DNA of 64,000 bases, from NCBI RefSeq assembly GCF_001194135.2, contig NC_068998.1, positions 16,749,223 to 16,813,222 on the forward strand, given 5' to 3'. The position numbers and the translations under genes were made by a program. The notes under the pieces were generated by a model that saw nothing but the letters and a program-made list of their open reading frames with translations, was not told the origin of the DNA and did no database searches. The stretch comes from Octopus bimaculoides (taxonomy: Eukaryota). Of this stretch, positions 54,201-64,000 are shown piece by piece (position 1 is the first letter of the stretch; each line of letters opens with the position of its first letter).

Positions 54201-56961
54201 NNNNNNNNNNNNNNNNNNNNNNNNNNNNNNNNNNNNNNNNNNNNNNNNNNNNNNNNNNNNNNNNNNNNNNNNNNNNNNNNNNNNNNNNNNNNNNNNNNNN
54301 NNNNNNNNNNNNNNNNNNNNNNNNNNNNNNNNNNNNNNNNNNNNNNNNNNNNNNNNNNNNNNNNNNNNNNNNNNNNNNNNNNNNNNNNNNNNNNNNNNNN
54401 NNNNNNNNNNNNNNNNNNNNNNNNNNNNNNNNNNNNNNNNNNNNNNNNNNNNNNNNNNNNNNNNNNNNNNNNNNNNNNNNNNNNNNNNNNNNNNNNNNNN
54501 NNNNNNNNNNNNNNNNNNNNNNNNNNNNNNNNNNNNNNNNNNNNNNNNNNNNNNNNNNNNNNNNNNNNNNNNNNNNNNNNNNNNNNNNNNNNNNNNNNNN
54601 NNNNNNNNNNNNNNNNNNNTATATATATATATATATATATGACAGGCTTCTTTCAGTTTCCATCTACCAAATGCACTCACAAGGCTTTGGTTGGCCTGAG
54701 GTTATAGTAGAAGACACTTTCCCAAGGTGCCACACAGTTGGACTGAACCCAGAACCATGTGATTGGGAAGCAAGCTTCTTATCACACAACCACAAGAAAA
54801 ACATTTGATGTTTTAGACAGGACACTTCCACTTTTATTTAAAAAATTTTATGAACTGTTTTTGTAGAGAGACTTTTAGTTTCCGTGGATCTTAGTTTACT
54901 TTCTCTTATATCATTGATTGACACATGCACAAATAAATAACACACATGTAATTCCACTTGCATAAAAACACAATACATGTGTGTGTGTGTATGTGTGTGT
55001 GTGTATCNNNNNNNNNNNNNNNNNNNNNNNGGGGGGGGGGGGGGCTGCAAAGTTCTTGGCTTTGGGTGAAAGAAAATGCAAGTGGATCAGTGAATTAGGA
55101 TTTTATTCGACATGTTCTCCTCTCCACACACTTGTTGTAGCAGTTCTTCAGTTTTTCTAAATCCTATGAAAGAACTCAGAAGGTTGGGGCGACAAACACT
55201 AAGACTCTCTGTCTGTCTGCCTCTCTCTCTCCCACACACATGACGAGGCTTTACCACATTTTCAGATTCACTAACAAGGCATTATTTGGCCCAGGGCTAT
55301 AGTAGAAGACACTTGCCCAAGGTACTGTGAAGTGGGATTGAAATCCTGAAACTGTAGTATTGGTTTCTTTATGCTCCCAAGATTTAGGGGTTCAGCAAGC
55401 AAGACGAATGGAATAAATATCAGACTTAGAAATATGTTGATTTGGGTTGATTTGTTTGACTAAAAGCCTAGAAGGTGATGCCCCAGCATGGCCACAGTCC
55501 AATGACTGAAGAAAGTAAAAGATAAAGTAATTATTTGTATGCTCTAAATCTATATCATGTTTTCTACTCTGGTCATTTAAAGATATAGTATTATATTATT
55601 ATATTTCTAAATTAAGGTGGTGATTAGATAAAATCATTAGCACACCATTAGATAGAATCGTTAGCAGCATTTCATCCATCCTCACATTCTGAGTTCAAAT
55701 TCCATTGGAGTTGACTCTGCCTTTCATCCTTTCAGAGTCGATACAATAAGTACCATATGAACACTGGGGTCAATGTAATTGACTTAGCCCCTCCTCCAAA
55801 ATTGCTGGCCTTGTGCCAAAATTTCAATCCATCATATTTCTAAATTGATGTTCTAGTTTATTTTATTATAATATATAGAAATTACTGTTTCAATACTCAG
55901 CAATTTACTGCTGATATATTGTCTTTATGGTGTTCGAACCTCAAGAGCGTGCCCTGGCACTTGCCACCAACTATATCTCTCTCTTCCTTTACTCAACCAT
56001 CCCATTTATATTCTGATCCCCGTCCCTTGTAAGTATGCCTGGCACTTTGCCACCAACTCTATCCTGCTGTCTTCAACTCTCTCTTCTCCTCCTGCACTTC
56101 CCGCAGGTTGGGTAACCATGTATTTCCTTTGTGGCAGCACACCTGTTTCTGTCTTCATTCCTGATCTCTCTCCCCTCCCCTGGCCGGGTAACCTTGTGCC
56201 TCCTATACAGCAAGACACCTGTTTCTGTCTCATTATAATCTTTCATCATCTGACACAAGGTCACTTCTTCCAATGCTCCCTTCCCTCTCAAAAGAGATTT
56301 TATTTTGTCTTGCAAGTACTTAGTGACCCCGTCAGTGCAGGTGCCACTTAAAAGCTCCCAGTCGACACTGTAAAGTGGTTGGCATTTGGAAGGGCATCCA
56401 ACTGTAAAAACCTTGCCAAAACTGATCTTGCCTGTGCTTATGTAATGCAAAAAGCTAAAAAGCACTAAGTCCACTCTGCTGAGTGGTTGGTGTTAGGAAG
56501 GGTATCCAACACTAAAAATCCTGCCAAAACAGTTACAGAAGTCTGGTGCGGGCTTCTGCCTGGCTGGCTCTTGTCAAACCGTCCCACCCATGCTAGCATG
56601 GAAGGCGGATGTTAAATGATGATGATGACTTCCCTTAACTCTAATTTACTTAAATTCCATGTCAGTATCATTCTATTTTTGTCCAGAAATATTGACCAGC
56701 CATTGTTTCAGCTTCCACCAGGCCGAGTACCTATTCCATTGGCACCCACAGAGGAAGGTTTCTGTTGTGAATACATTTCAGAATTGCATCAGATTATTCC
56801 CACCAAGTTTAAGGAAACGATGAGTACATGGTTCTTACCAGTGCCAAATTGTCCTGGTTACTATTTCTACTGTCCTATTCAGTCTGGCTTCAGTGATAAT
56901 GTGGTAAGTAGTTACTAGATGACCAATTTCTATAGTCTTTGTTTGGCTTCTCATTTACATC

Positions 56962-56993
<32 letters not shown>

Positions 56994-59900
56994 TAATAAT
57001 AATGATAATAATATTTCTTTGATTATGTTGAACAAGTACAAGTGTGGCTGTATGGTAAGAAGTTTGCTTCCCAGTTTCATGGTTTTGGGTTCAGTCCCAC
57101 TGTATGGCAACTCAGGCAAGTGTCTTTTACTATAGCCTTAGGCCAACCAAAGCCTTCTGAGTGGATCTGATAGATAGAAACTGAAAGAAGCCCATTGTGT
57201 ATATATGAATATATGTGTGTGTGTGTGTGTGTATTACTGTCTCCTTGTCTTGACTTTGTGTGATAGTGGTTAATGATTGTCGCAGTTATGCAAATGGTGT
57301 CCCTTGTTACCAAATCTTCCATGAAACATGCCTAGTCACAGCAAAATATCACCTTACTTGGAAAACAGGTGAGGGGGTTGGTGACAGGAAGGGAATCAGG
57401 GCCTTGAAAATCTCTCTCAATAAATTCTGTCTGACCTTTGCAAACATAGAAACGTGGACAGTAAAATAACAATGATGGTGGTGATGGTGGTGTGGCGCAG
57501 GTGTGATCCATTATGATTTCATTAAACCTGGNNNNNNNNNNNNNNNNNNNNNNNNNNNNNNNNNNNNNNNNNNNNNNNNNNNNNNNNNNNNNNNNNNNNN
57601 NNNNNNNNNNNNNNNNNNNNNNNNNNNNNNNNNNNNNNNNNNNNNNNNNNNNNNNNNNNNNNNNNNNNNNNNNNNNNNNNNNNNNNNNNNNNNNNNNNNN
57701 NNNNNNNNNNNNNNNNNNNNNNNNNNNNNNNNNNNNNNNNNNNNNNNNNNNNNNNNNNNNNNNNNNNNNNNNNNNNNNNNNNNNNNNNNNNNNNNNNNNN
57801 NNNNNNNNNNNNNNNNNNNNNNNNNNNNNNNNNNNNNNNNNNNNNNNNNNNNNNNNNNNNNNNNNNNNNNNNNNNNNNNNNNNNNNNNNNNNNNNNNNNN
57901 NNNNNNNNNNNNNNNNNNNNNNNNNNNNNNNNNNNNNNNNNNNNNNNNNNNNNNNNNNNNNNNNNNNNNNNNNNNNNNNNNNNNNNNNNNNNNNNNNNNN
58001 NNNNNNNNNNNNNNNNNNNNNNNNNNNNNNNNNNNNNNNNNNNNNNNNNNNNNNNNNNNNNNNNNNNNNNNNNNNNNNNNNNNNNNNNNNNNNNNNNNNN
58101 NNNNNNNNNNNNNNNNNNNNNNNNNNNNNNNNNNNNNNNNNNNNNNNNNNNNNNNNNNNNNNNNNNNNNNNNNNNNNNNNNNNNNNNNNNNNNNNNNNNN
58201 NNNNNNNNNNNNNNNNNNNNNNNNNNNNNNNNNNNNNNNNNNNNNNNNNNNNNNNNNNNNNNNNNNNNNNNNNNNNNNNNNNNNNNNNNNNNNNNNNNNN
58301 NNNNNNNNNNNNNNNNNNNNNNNNNNNNNNNNNNNNNNNNNNNNNNNNNNNNNNNNNNNNNNNNNNNNNNNNNNNNNNNNNNNNNNNNNNNNNNNNNNNN
58401 NNNNNNNNNNNNNNNNNNNNNNNNNNNNNNNNNNNNNNCTTATGTGCAATATACCTGAAAAAGAAAAGCAAAAAGTAAAAGGCTGGAGAGGTTTATTTGG
58501 TTAGGAATGGCCTGGCTAAATAACAAGATTTAATCTTTTTGTTACCATATATCTGTTGAAATACAAAGCTGTTGTTTTAATTAATTTAAATGCAGTGCCA
58601 CTTAGTGTTTTGCTTGGTGTGCTAATGATTCTGCCAGCTCACAAGGGGCTGCACACAGAGGGGACGAACAAGAACAGACAAACAGATTAAGTCGATTATA
58701 TTGACCCCAGTGCGTAACTGGTACCGAAAGGATGAAAGGCAAAGTCGACCTCGATGGAATTTGAACTCAGAACGTTACGGCAGACGAAATATCACTAAGC
58801 ATTTCGCCCAGCGTGCTAACATTTCTGCCATTCCCCAGCTCACAGCCTTATGTCTAGAATATGAATTAACATGAAATTTTGATGGAAGGTTTTAAAGTTA
58901 GCTCACTTTAAAAAAAAGGAAGTTGATATCATAGAAGCAGATATCTGTCAAAAGGGTTTTAAAAAAAAAACCAAAACCAAGAAATCAAATGTAAAGATTA
59001 CAATGATTACAACTGCTTAACTTGTAGAATATATTAAATATATTTTCAACCATTGTTTATTTCAGCCATTTGAACAAACCTCTAACATGTCAGAACAGAA
59101 TCAAACAACAAATGGTATGTACTTTTGTTTGACTTCTTTTCTTAATTTTGTTATCTTTTATTATTATTATTATTTTTTTGCTATTAGTGATTTACCAGAT
59201 TGTAAGTTAATGGAACAACTCAACTTAGTATAAAAACCATTTTACCTGTGCTTACAAACTATATTATTCATCTTGTGGGTGCTGGTGCCATATAAAATAC
59301 GCCTGTGCCAGTGCTGTGTAAATGCATCCAGTACACACTGTAGAGTGGTTGGTGTCAGGAAGAGCAGCCAGCCATAGAAGCCATGCCAAAACAGACATGG
59401 TTGCCTGGGCAGCTCTTCGGCTGGTCAGTTCTTGTCAAACCATCCAACCCATGCCAGCATGGAAAACAGACGTTACATGCTGATGACTAATGAGCAGCTT
59501 TCAACTTATTCCATTCCAAGATTTTTTAACCTGATATTTACATTATGTTATTTGCCTATTTTGAGTTCCACCATTAAAGACAATTATTTATTACAAACAA
59601 CATGTCATGTCAGACATTTAGATATTTAAGGGAATCATCATCATCATCATCATCATCGTTTAACATCCGCTTTCCATGCTAACATGGGTTGGACGATTTG
59701 ACTGAGGACTGGTGCAACCGGATGGCTACACCAGGCTCCAATCTAATTTGGCAGAGTTTCTACAGCTGGATGCCCTTCCTAACGCCAACCACTCAGAGAG
59801 TGTAGTGGGTGCTTTTATGTGTCACCCGCACGAAAACGGCCACGCTCGAAATGGTGTCTTTTATGTGCCACCCGCACAAGAGCCAGTCCAGGGGCACTGG

Positions 59901-62863
59901 CAACGATCTCGCTCGAAAACCCTANNNNNNNNNNNNNNNNNNNNNNNNNNNNNNNNNNNNNNNNNNNNNNNNNNNNNNNNNNNNNNNNNNNNNNNNNNNN
60001 NNNNNNNNNNNNNNNNNNNNNNNNNNNNNNNNNNNNNNNNNNNNNNNNNNNNNNNNNNNNNNNNNNNNNNNNNNNNNNNNNNNNNNNNNNNNNNNNNNNN
60101 NNNNNNNNNNNNNNNNNNNNNNNNNNNNNNNNNNNNNNNNNNNNNNNNNNNNNNNNNNNNNNNNNNNNNNNNNNNNNNNNNNNNNNNNNNNNNNNNNNNN
60201 NNNNNNNNNNNNNNNNNNNNNNNNNNNNNNNNNNNNNNNNNNNNNNNNNNNNNNNNNNNNGCAATCGTCTCTCTTGCACACCACTACTGACGCTTCTTAT
60301 GTTCAGCTTTTCTCTCAAGATACTTACACTCTGACGGGTATGCACATTTACATTACACATCCAGCGGAGCAAGCTACATTTATTTTTTTAACTTGATGAG
60401 TCTGGAGGAAGTGCCAGAGCTCGTGGTCTTTGCAGGCCCACCTAGATATTTAATTGTTTGAAAGTTATTGGTATTTCATATTGTATCTTTATGTTGCAGA
60501 TTCAAATGGCAAAGGTTTCACAACTACTGAAGACACAGATATCTTTTTGGACTCACCAGGATCTTTCAAGATGTCTGAGAAATTTGAAAATTCTTGCAAA
60601 AATGTTTCAAGCGATTCTGATTCTGACGTCCAGTCTTCGTCAAGCAGTGGCATGGAATCATTTGACTCTGATGATATGATGTATCCTCTCTTTGTTTGCT
60701 TCACTTGTACCATTAAACAGAACTCTGATTTTCACCACAGAATTGTCAGCACCCTTCCAACATGTCTGGGTAATTTTTATTTTTCATTTTGTTTTGAATT
60801 TTTTTCTGTTTTAGCTTTTTTTCTTTTTTTTTTCAACTTCTTACTTGTTTCAGGTAATGTGTTTTGGCTATGCTGGGGCATCACCTTGAAGGGTTTTAGC
60901 CAAACAAATCTAGTCCAGTACATATGTTTTTTTAAACCTTTTAACATCTATAGGCGCAGGAGTGGCTGTGTGGTAATTAGCTTGCTTACCAACCACATGG
61001 TTCCGAGTTCAGTCCCACTGCGTAGCATCTTGGGCAAGTGTCTTCTACTATAGCCTCGGGTCGACCAAAGCCTTGTGAGTGGATTTGGTAGACGGAAACT
61101 GAAAGAAGCCCGTCGTATATATGTGTGTGTGTCTGTGTTTGTCCCCCTAGCATTGCTTGACAGCTGAAGGGGGTCGACTAAAGGCGGTGCTCCAGCATGG
61201 CCGCAGTCAAATGACTGAAACAAGTAAAAGAGTAATCTAAACCAGTCATATTTGACCAAAATATTCTACCTGTTTTATGTTCAAATTGGCCAGATCTGGC
61301 CTTTCACACCAACCCTACAATAGCATTCTAAAGATTAACAGTTACTTCACCAAAATCTCATAGATACAAAATAATGCATAATTAATTCAAAACAATGTGA
61401 TTTAATAAGCATTACTTTTGACATGGGAATCTCTGTACTAATGTCTTTGTATTTAAATTATATGATCTTAATCAAAATTTCATTATAATAAAGAGTAAAG
61501 ACCCCCTTCAGTCATGAATGACCGTAGGATTGCACCTAGAAAGTTGCCCTCTGAGGTACAAGCCTGAGCAAGGTTGTTTATGGAAAGCCAGCAATTGCCC
61601 ATGCATACCGACCTCCCCTCTCCATGCCACTGATATTACCCAAGGAAAAAAGCAAAGGCCGATACAGGTTGGCACCAGTGATGTCACAACTCATTTCTAC
61701 AGCTGAGTAAACTGGAGCAACGTAAAATAAAGCGTCTTACTCAAGAACATAACACACAGCCCAGCCTGGTCTGGGAATCGAACTCACTACCTCATGATTG
61801 TAAGCCTGACTCTCTAACCACTGAGCCATGCACCTTCACTATTCTATATAATTCATTATAATATGAATTATATAATAAAATTTTGGCAACATGATTTTCA
61901 TCAATAAAAGCAATCATCTGAATTTAATTTACCTGAAGATGCAAAGGCTCTCCCATATTTAGGGTAACCACTTGTGTGCTGAAGGTGTAGCTGTATTCCA
62001 TCTATGAATGCAGGAGTTCAGGTAGTGAAGCATCTCTGTTGTGGTTTCAGTTGTCAGGGGCTATCCCACTGATGTTGGAGATAAAGCTCCCACATAACAG
62101 CATGAAATGGACACAATAAAATAATTGGCTTGGTTGTGTGGCAAGAGATTTGCTGCACAACAACATGGTTTTGAGTCCAATCCCACTGTGTGGCACCTTG
62201 GGCAAGTGTCTTCTACTATACCCTCAGGCCAACCAGAGCCTTGTGAGTGAATTTGGTAGATGGAAACTGAAAAGAGCCCGTTGTAATGTGTGTGTGTGTG
62301 TGTGTCTTTGTGTCTAGTGTTGGTGTGTTTACATCCTTGTAACTTAGCAGTTTGGCAAAAGAGACTAGGCTTATAAAATAAAAAAGGAAAAGACTGGGGT
62401 TGATCCATCTGACTTAAAATTCTTCAAGGCAGTGCCCCAGTATGACAGTAATCTAATAACTGAAACAAGTAAAAAGGTAAAACGTAGCAATTCTTTTGTT
62501 TGTTTTTTTTTTGCTTGTTTTTATTCTTTGTTATATATTCTTTGACAATAGTTCTAGTTTATTGTTCCTGTATAGTTTCCCCAGCATGCATCACAACTTA
62601 GACTCAAATGAGATTTTAAAAACTTTCAAATTTTTCCATTATTAACCATGTAACCAATGTTTTCTATTTTCTGTTTTCACAGCTGAAATAACCAGTCATT
62701 TTACTGACAAGCTAACTGAACTAGATTTTGAAAACTTGAAGGTGACTTTTGATTTCTACTGCTTAACGTTGCGTGTAGACCTTGAACAGTACAATGATAA
62801 GCCACCAAAAGCAGACAACAGATCAGTATATTCTGAGACTGAGGAGGAATCATGTATGAAAGG
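41450..62863 (+). CDS. SZT2: KICSTOR complex protein SZT2 orthologue, partial. Join 41450-41580, 44460-44617, 47894-48103, 49104-49462, 51100-51841, 53129-53372, 56687-56903, 59066-59114, 60500-60769, 62683-62863
   Basis: All 10 exons have polypyrimidine-AG acceptors and GT donors. Exit phases chain without stops (2,1,1,0,1,2,0,1,1,2). Peptides match recalled human SZT2 motifs in the same order, e.g. PVYIYDC~PVYIYSC, PVPNCPGYYFYCP~[30 protein letters not shown]~PLFLHLTCS..SLPTCLG. Identity rests on recall and was not BLAST-verified. Confidence 0.9.
41641..42065. mobile_element. pogo/Tigger-like MITE
   Basis: TA|ccataaaaccttgagtatagtccgc ... gcggattatactcgaggatttacgg|TA. Confidence 0.75.
42662..43043 (-). 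mobile_element. Same SINE subfamily as 25200-25587, with 14-bp TSD, nested in a piggyBac-like MITE
   Basis: TSD tgatctctgacacc at 42648-42661 and 43044-43057. Confidence 0.9.
44460..44617 (+). CDS. SZT2: SZT2 exon (...HVCTIPFPYNLLVLLPRCQQAQLLFSAYTV)
   Basis: catttctag|T ... GTCA|gtaagt; phase 2 to 1; resembles human [25 protein letters not shown]. Confidence 0.88.
45661..46038 (+). mobile_element. Internally deleted RTE-type element with (TAAG)n tail
   Basis: 3' frame ...RTAQRQEQWRKVNNGLCSIRSEGLK* followed by taagtaagtaa resembles RTE C-termini; the 5' part is a GC-rich structured island. Confidence 0.6.
46770..46995 (+). mobile_element. RTE LINE 3' fragment
   Basis: LCWYCHVMHMDEDS*VKK...VEGTCARGRPRKT*DKVVKYDL...MTSDLDFW*FAVL matches the RTE RLRWYGHV..R.RGRP..TW motif. 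Confidence 0.8.
47894..48103 (+). CDS. SZT2: SZT2 exon (...TPNNILFEIFLAKLKASHGREIKLSLKDCQEF...)
   Basis: tgttttcag|AC ... TCTG|gtaaag; 210 nt, phase 1 to 1; resembles human [29 protein letters not shown]. Confidence 0.85.
49104..49462 (+). CDS. SZT2: SZT2 exon (...APTKWCCFIQDINHSHMFLIFVPASFDDL...)
   Basis: ctatctag|AT ... GAACTG|gtaaat; open frame, phase 1 to 0; resembles human [29 protein letters not shown]. Confidence 0.88.
50396..50926. mobile_element. piggyBac-like MITE family A with nested SINE
   Basis: TTAA flanks. The SINE at 50548-50849 is bounded by a 9-bp duplication agacaatac (50539-50547, 50850-50858). Confidence 0.8.
51100..51841 (+). CDS. SZT2: SZT2 exon, 742 nt (P/S/Q-rich segment, then FVIPVYIYDCALS...FYSSYVT)
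   Basis: Long T tract-ccaaag|AAC ... ACAG|gtgagt; contains the 236-aa ORF; phase 0 to 1. Confidence 0.9.
53129..53372 (+). CDS. SZT2: SZT2 exon (GIFRNLTDQHYVDKMDMDAAVNICDELLPIEINIVNFLHATCGH...)
   Basis: attgtag|GA ... GAAAG|gtgagc; phase 1 to 2; resembles human [43 protein letters not shown]. Confidence 0.9.
56687..56903 (+). CDS. SZT2: SZT2 exon (...HQIIPTKFKETMSTWFLPVPNCPGYYFYCP...)
   Basis: ttttgtccag|A ... AATGTG|gtaagt; phase 2 to 0; resembles human [30 protein letters not shown]. Confidence 0.9.
59066..59114 (+). CDS. SZT2: Short SZT2 exon (PFEQTSNMSEQNQTTN)
   Basis: tttatttcag|CCA ... AATG|gtatgt; 49 nt, supplies the phase 0 to 1 link needed between the flanking exons. No sequence homology recognised. 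Confidence 0.7.
59635..59924 (-). mobile_element. V-domain SINE-like element (deletion subfamily), truncated by a gap
   Basis: Near-identical to 38286-38625. Confidence 0.8.
60500..60769 (+). CDS. SZT2: SZT2 exon (acidic/Ser-rich linker, then [12 protein letters not shown]...STLPTCL)
   Basis: atgttgcag|AT ... CTGG|gtaatt; 270 nt, phase 1 to 1; resembles human LPPLFLHLTCSVR...CSLPTCLG. Confidence 0.9.
60953..61233 (+). mobile_element. SINE family 1 copy with internal deletion
   Basis: Head and tail match 24085-24492; the central ~120 nt block is missing at ~61160. Confidence 0.8.
61495..61840 (-). mobile_element. tRNA-head SINE (tail ...cattcatgactgaagggggtcttt)
   Basis: Related copies at 12530-12830(+) and 46435-46765(+), partial copies at 22070-22220 and 35720-35860. 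Confidence 0.75.
62683..62863 (+). CDS. SZT2: SZT2 exon (...ELDFENLKVTFDFYCLTLRVDLE...)
   Basis: ctgttttcacag|CT ... AAAGG|gtatgt; open frame not in the ORF track, phase 1 to 2; resembles human [22 protein letters not shown]. Confidence 0.85.
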
Positions 62864-62986
62864 GTATGTCTTATAATGCCATTGATATACATATTTATGG
62901 GTCTTTTACTTATCCATTATAATAATAAACGTTACTGCCTAGTGGGATAATTTACTGAGCATTCAAAAAAGATTAAGGGTGTAGAC

Positions 62987-63271
62987 CAGTGGTTCCCAAA
63001 GTGGGCAGTACTGCTCCCCTGGGAGTAGTGCACAGATGCAGGGTGTGTTCAAGAAGAGTGGGGTGATAATGGGGTGGCCAAAAGGTGGTGATGGATGTAA
63101 ATGCAACAAAATAATGGGTTGATTAGGTTTAGTTTTATTTGTGAAATACAGTTGTTTTGAATTTGCTGCAGAAAGTGGTCTGTGTTTGTGGTGATGAGTG
63201 GGGCAGGGGATACTGGAAATGTGAACTGGGTGCCAAGTGGGTGGCAGCCCAAGAAAATTTGGGAACCACAG
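62987..63271. mobile_element. hAT (Charlie-like) MITE
   Basis: Ends cagtggttcccaaa / tttgggaaccacag; partial TSD (tagac). Confidence 0.65.
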
Positions 63272-63277
63272 AATAGA

Positions 63278-63445
63278 CCCTTACAGAAAATCCAGAGGGA
63301 TTTGAGCTGTACATATCTACCTTCTTATAGTTAACCATCCTATTACGAACATAAAAAAAAAAAGCTTAAGGGAGTAAACCCTTACAGAAAATCCAGAAGG
63401 AGAAAGCTGTACATATGCCTTCCTATAGCTAACCATCTTCTTATG
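63278..63445. repeat. Diverged ~101-bp tandem duplication
   Basis: cccttacagaaaatccaga at 63278 and 63379, with the downstream sequence also similar. Confidence 0.8.
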
Positions 63446-63595
63446 AGTGGATTTACTATTTTTTCAGTCAAGAAGCAAACAAGAAGCAAGAATAGTTGGA
63501 GCATTTACCCAAGATTACAACACACATACTTTACTGAATGGTGATGGCAACATATAGTAGTGTTATAAATATATATATATGTATGTATGTGTGTA

Positions 63596-64000
63596 TTGGC
63601 ACCCGTGCCAACGTCGTCTCCTTCATTGGACATGAAACTCAGCTTGCGAAGACTTATTGGAGCAAGCGAAAGCGAAATCGGGATAGCACCTGTGCCCAGC
63701 GTCGCCTTTCTGGCACTTGTGCCCGTGACATGTGCAAGGATTTTCGAGCGAGATCGTTGCCAGTGCCCCTGGACTGGCTCTTGTGCGAGTGGCACATAAA
63801 ATCCACCATTTTGAGCGTGGCCGTTGCCAGTACCGCCTGACTGTCCTTCGTGCGGGTGACACGTAAAAGCACCCACTACACTCTCTGAGTGGTTGGCGTT
63901 AGGAAGGGCATCTAGCCTTAAAAACCCTGCCAAAACAAACACAGAAGTCTGTTGCAGGCTCCTGCCTGGCCAGCTCCTGTGAAACCGTCCAACCCATGCC
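63596..64000 (+). mobile_element. V-domain SINE-like element, long 5' form
   Basis: Matches 4500-4700 plus an extra GC-rich 5' segment. Older family members at ~13490-13760, 47460-47700, 53490-53750, 55940-56630 and 59270-59480. Confidence 0.8.

Noticed and set aside
52647-60396. Long ORFs of 100-379 aa consisting mostly of X
   Set aside because: Produced by translating through N gaps.
63596-63700. GCTTGC/GCAAGC stem followed by GAAA (hammerhead-like)
   Set aside because: No CUGANGA core upstream on either strand.
4484-63942. Recurring ORFs containing DALPNANHSESVVGAF (4484, 38363, 59712, 63505) and RRASFSFRLPNP (101, 8066, 60948)
   Set aside because: These are reading frames through SINE copies. 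Frames differ between copies and there is no protein-family signal.
1-64000. tRNA genes, rRNA, CRISPR arrays, prokaryotic operons
   Set aside because: tRNA-like segments are SINE heads without a full cloverleaf. No regularly spaced repeat-spacer array or rRNA sequence was seen, and the DNA is eukaryotic and intron-rich.

Overview
AT-rich, microsatellite- and SINE-dense animal genomic DNA from a gapped draft assembly (8 N-runs). The repeat families look like those of Octopus/coleoid cephalopods; this is inferred from recalled repeat sequences, not from a search. The only protein-coding gene I can support is a + strand SZT2 orthologue (KICSTOR scaffold, mTORC1 regulation). Ten exons between 41450 and 62863 have canonical AG/GT ends, chain in consistent phase (2561 nt, ~853 codons) and match recalled human SZT2 motifs from the middle of the protein. 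No SZT2 N-terminal exon is recognisable in the first 41 kb. The rest is tRNA-head SINEs (several families, including V-domain and Deu/Nin-like ones), RTE LINE fragments, decayed mariner transposases and hAT, piggyBac, Tc1 and pogo-type MITEs. Almost all ORFs in the supplied track are repeat or N-gap artefacts. I found no clearly new biological system. The best leads are an intronic 113-nt hairpin next to an SZT2 exon, a TACTAAC-rich tandem array, a pseudoknot-capable island at the 5' end of an RTE derivative, precise hairpin excision in a V-SINE subfamily, and the missing 5' part of SZT2.
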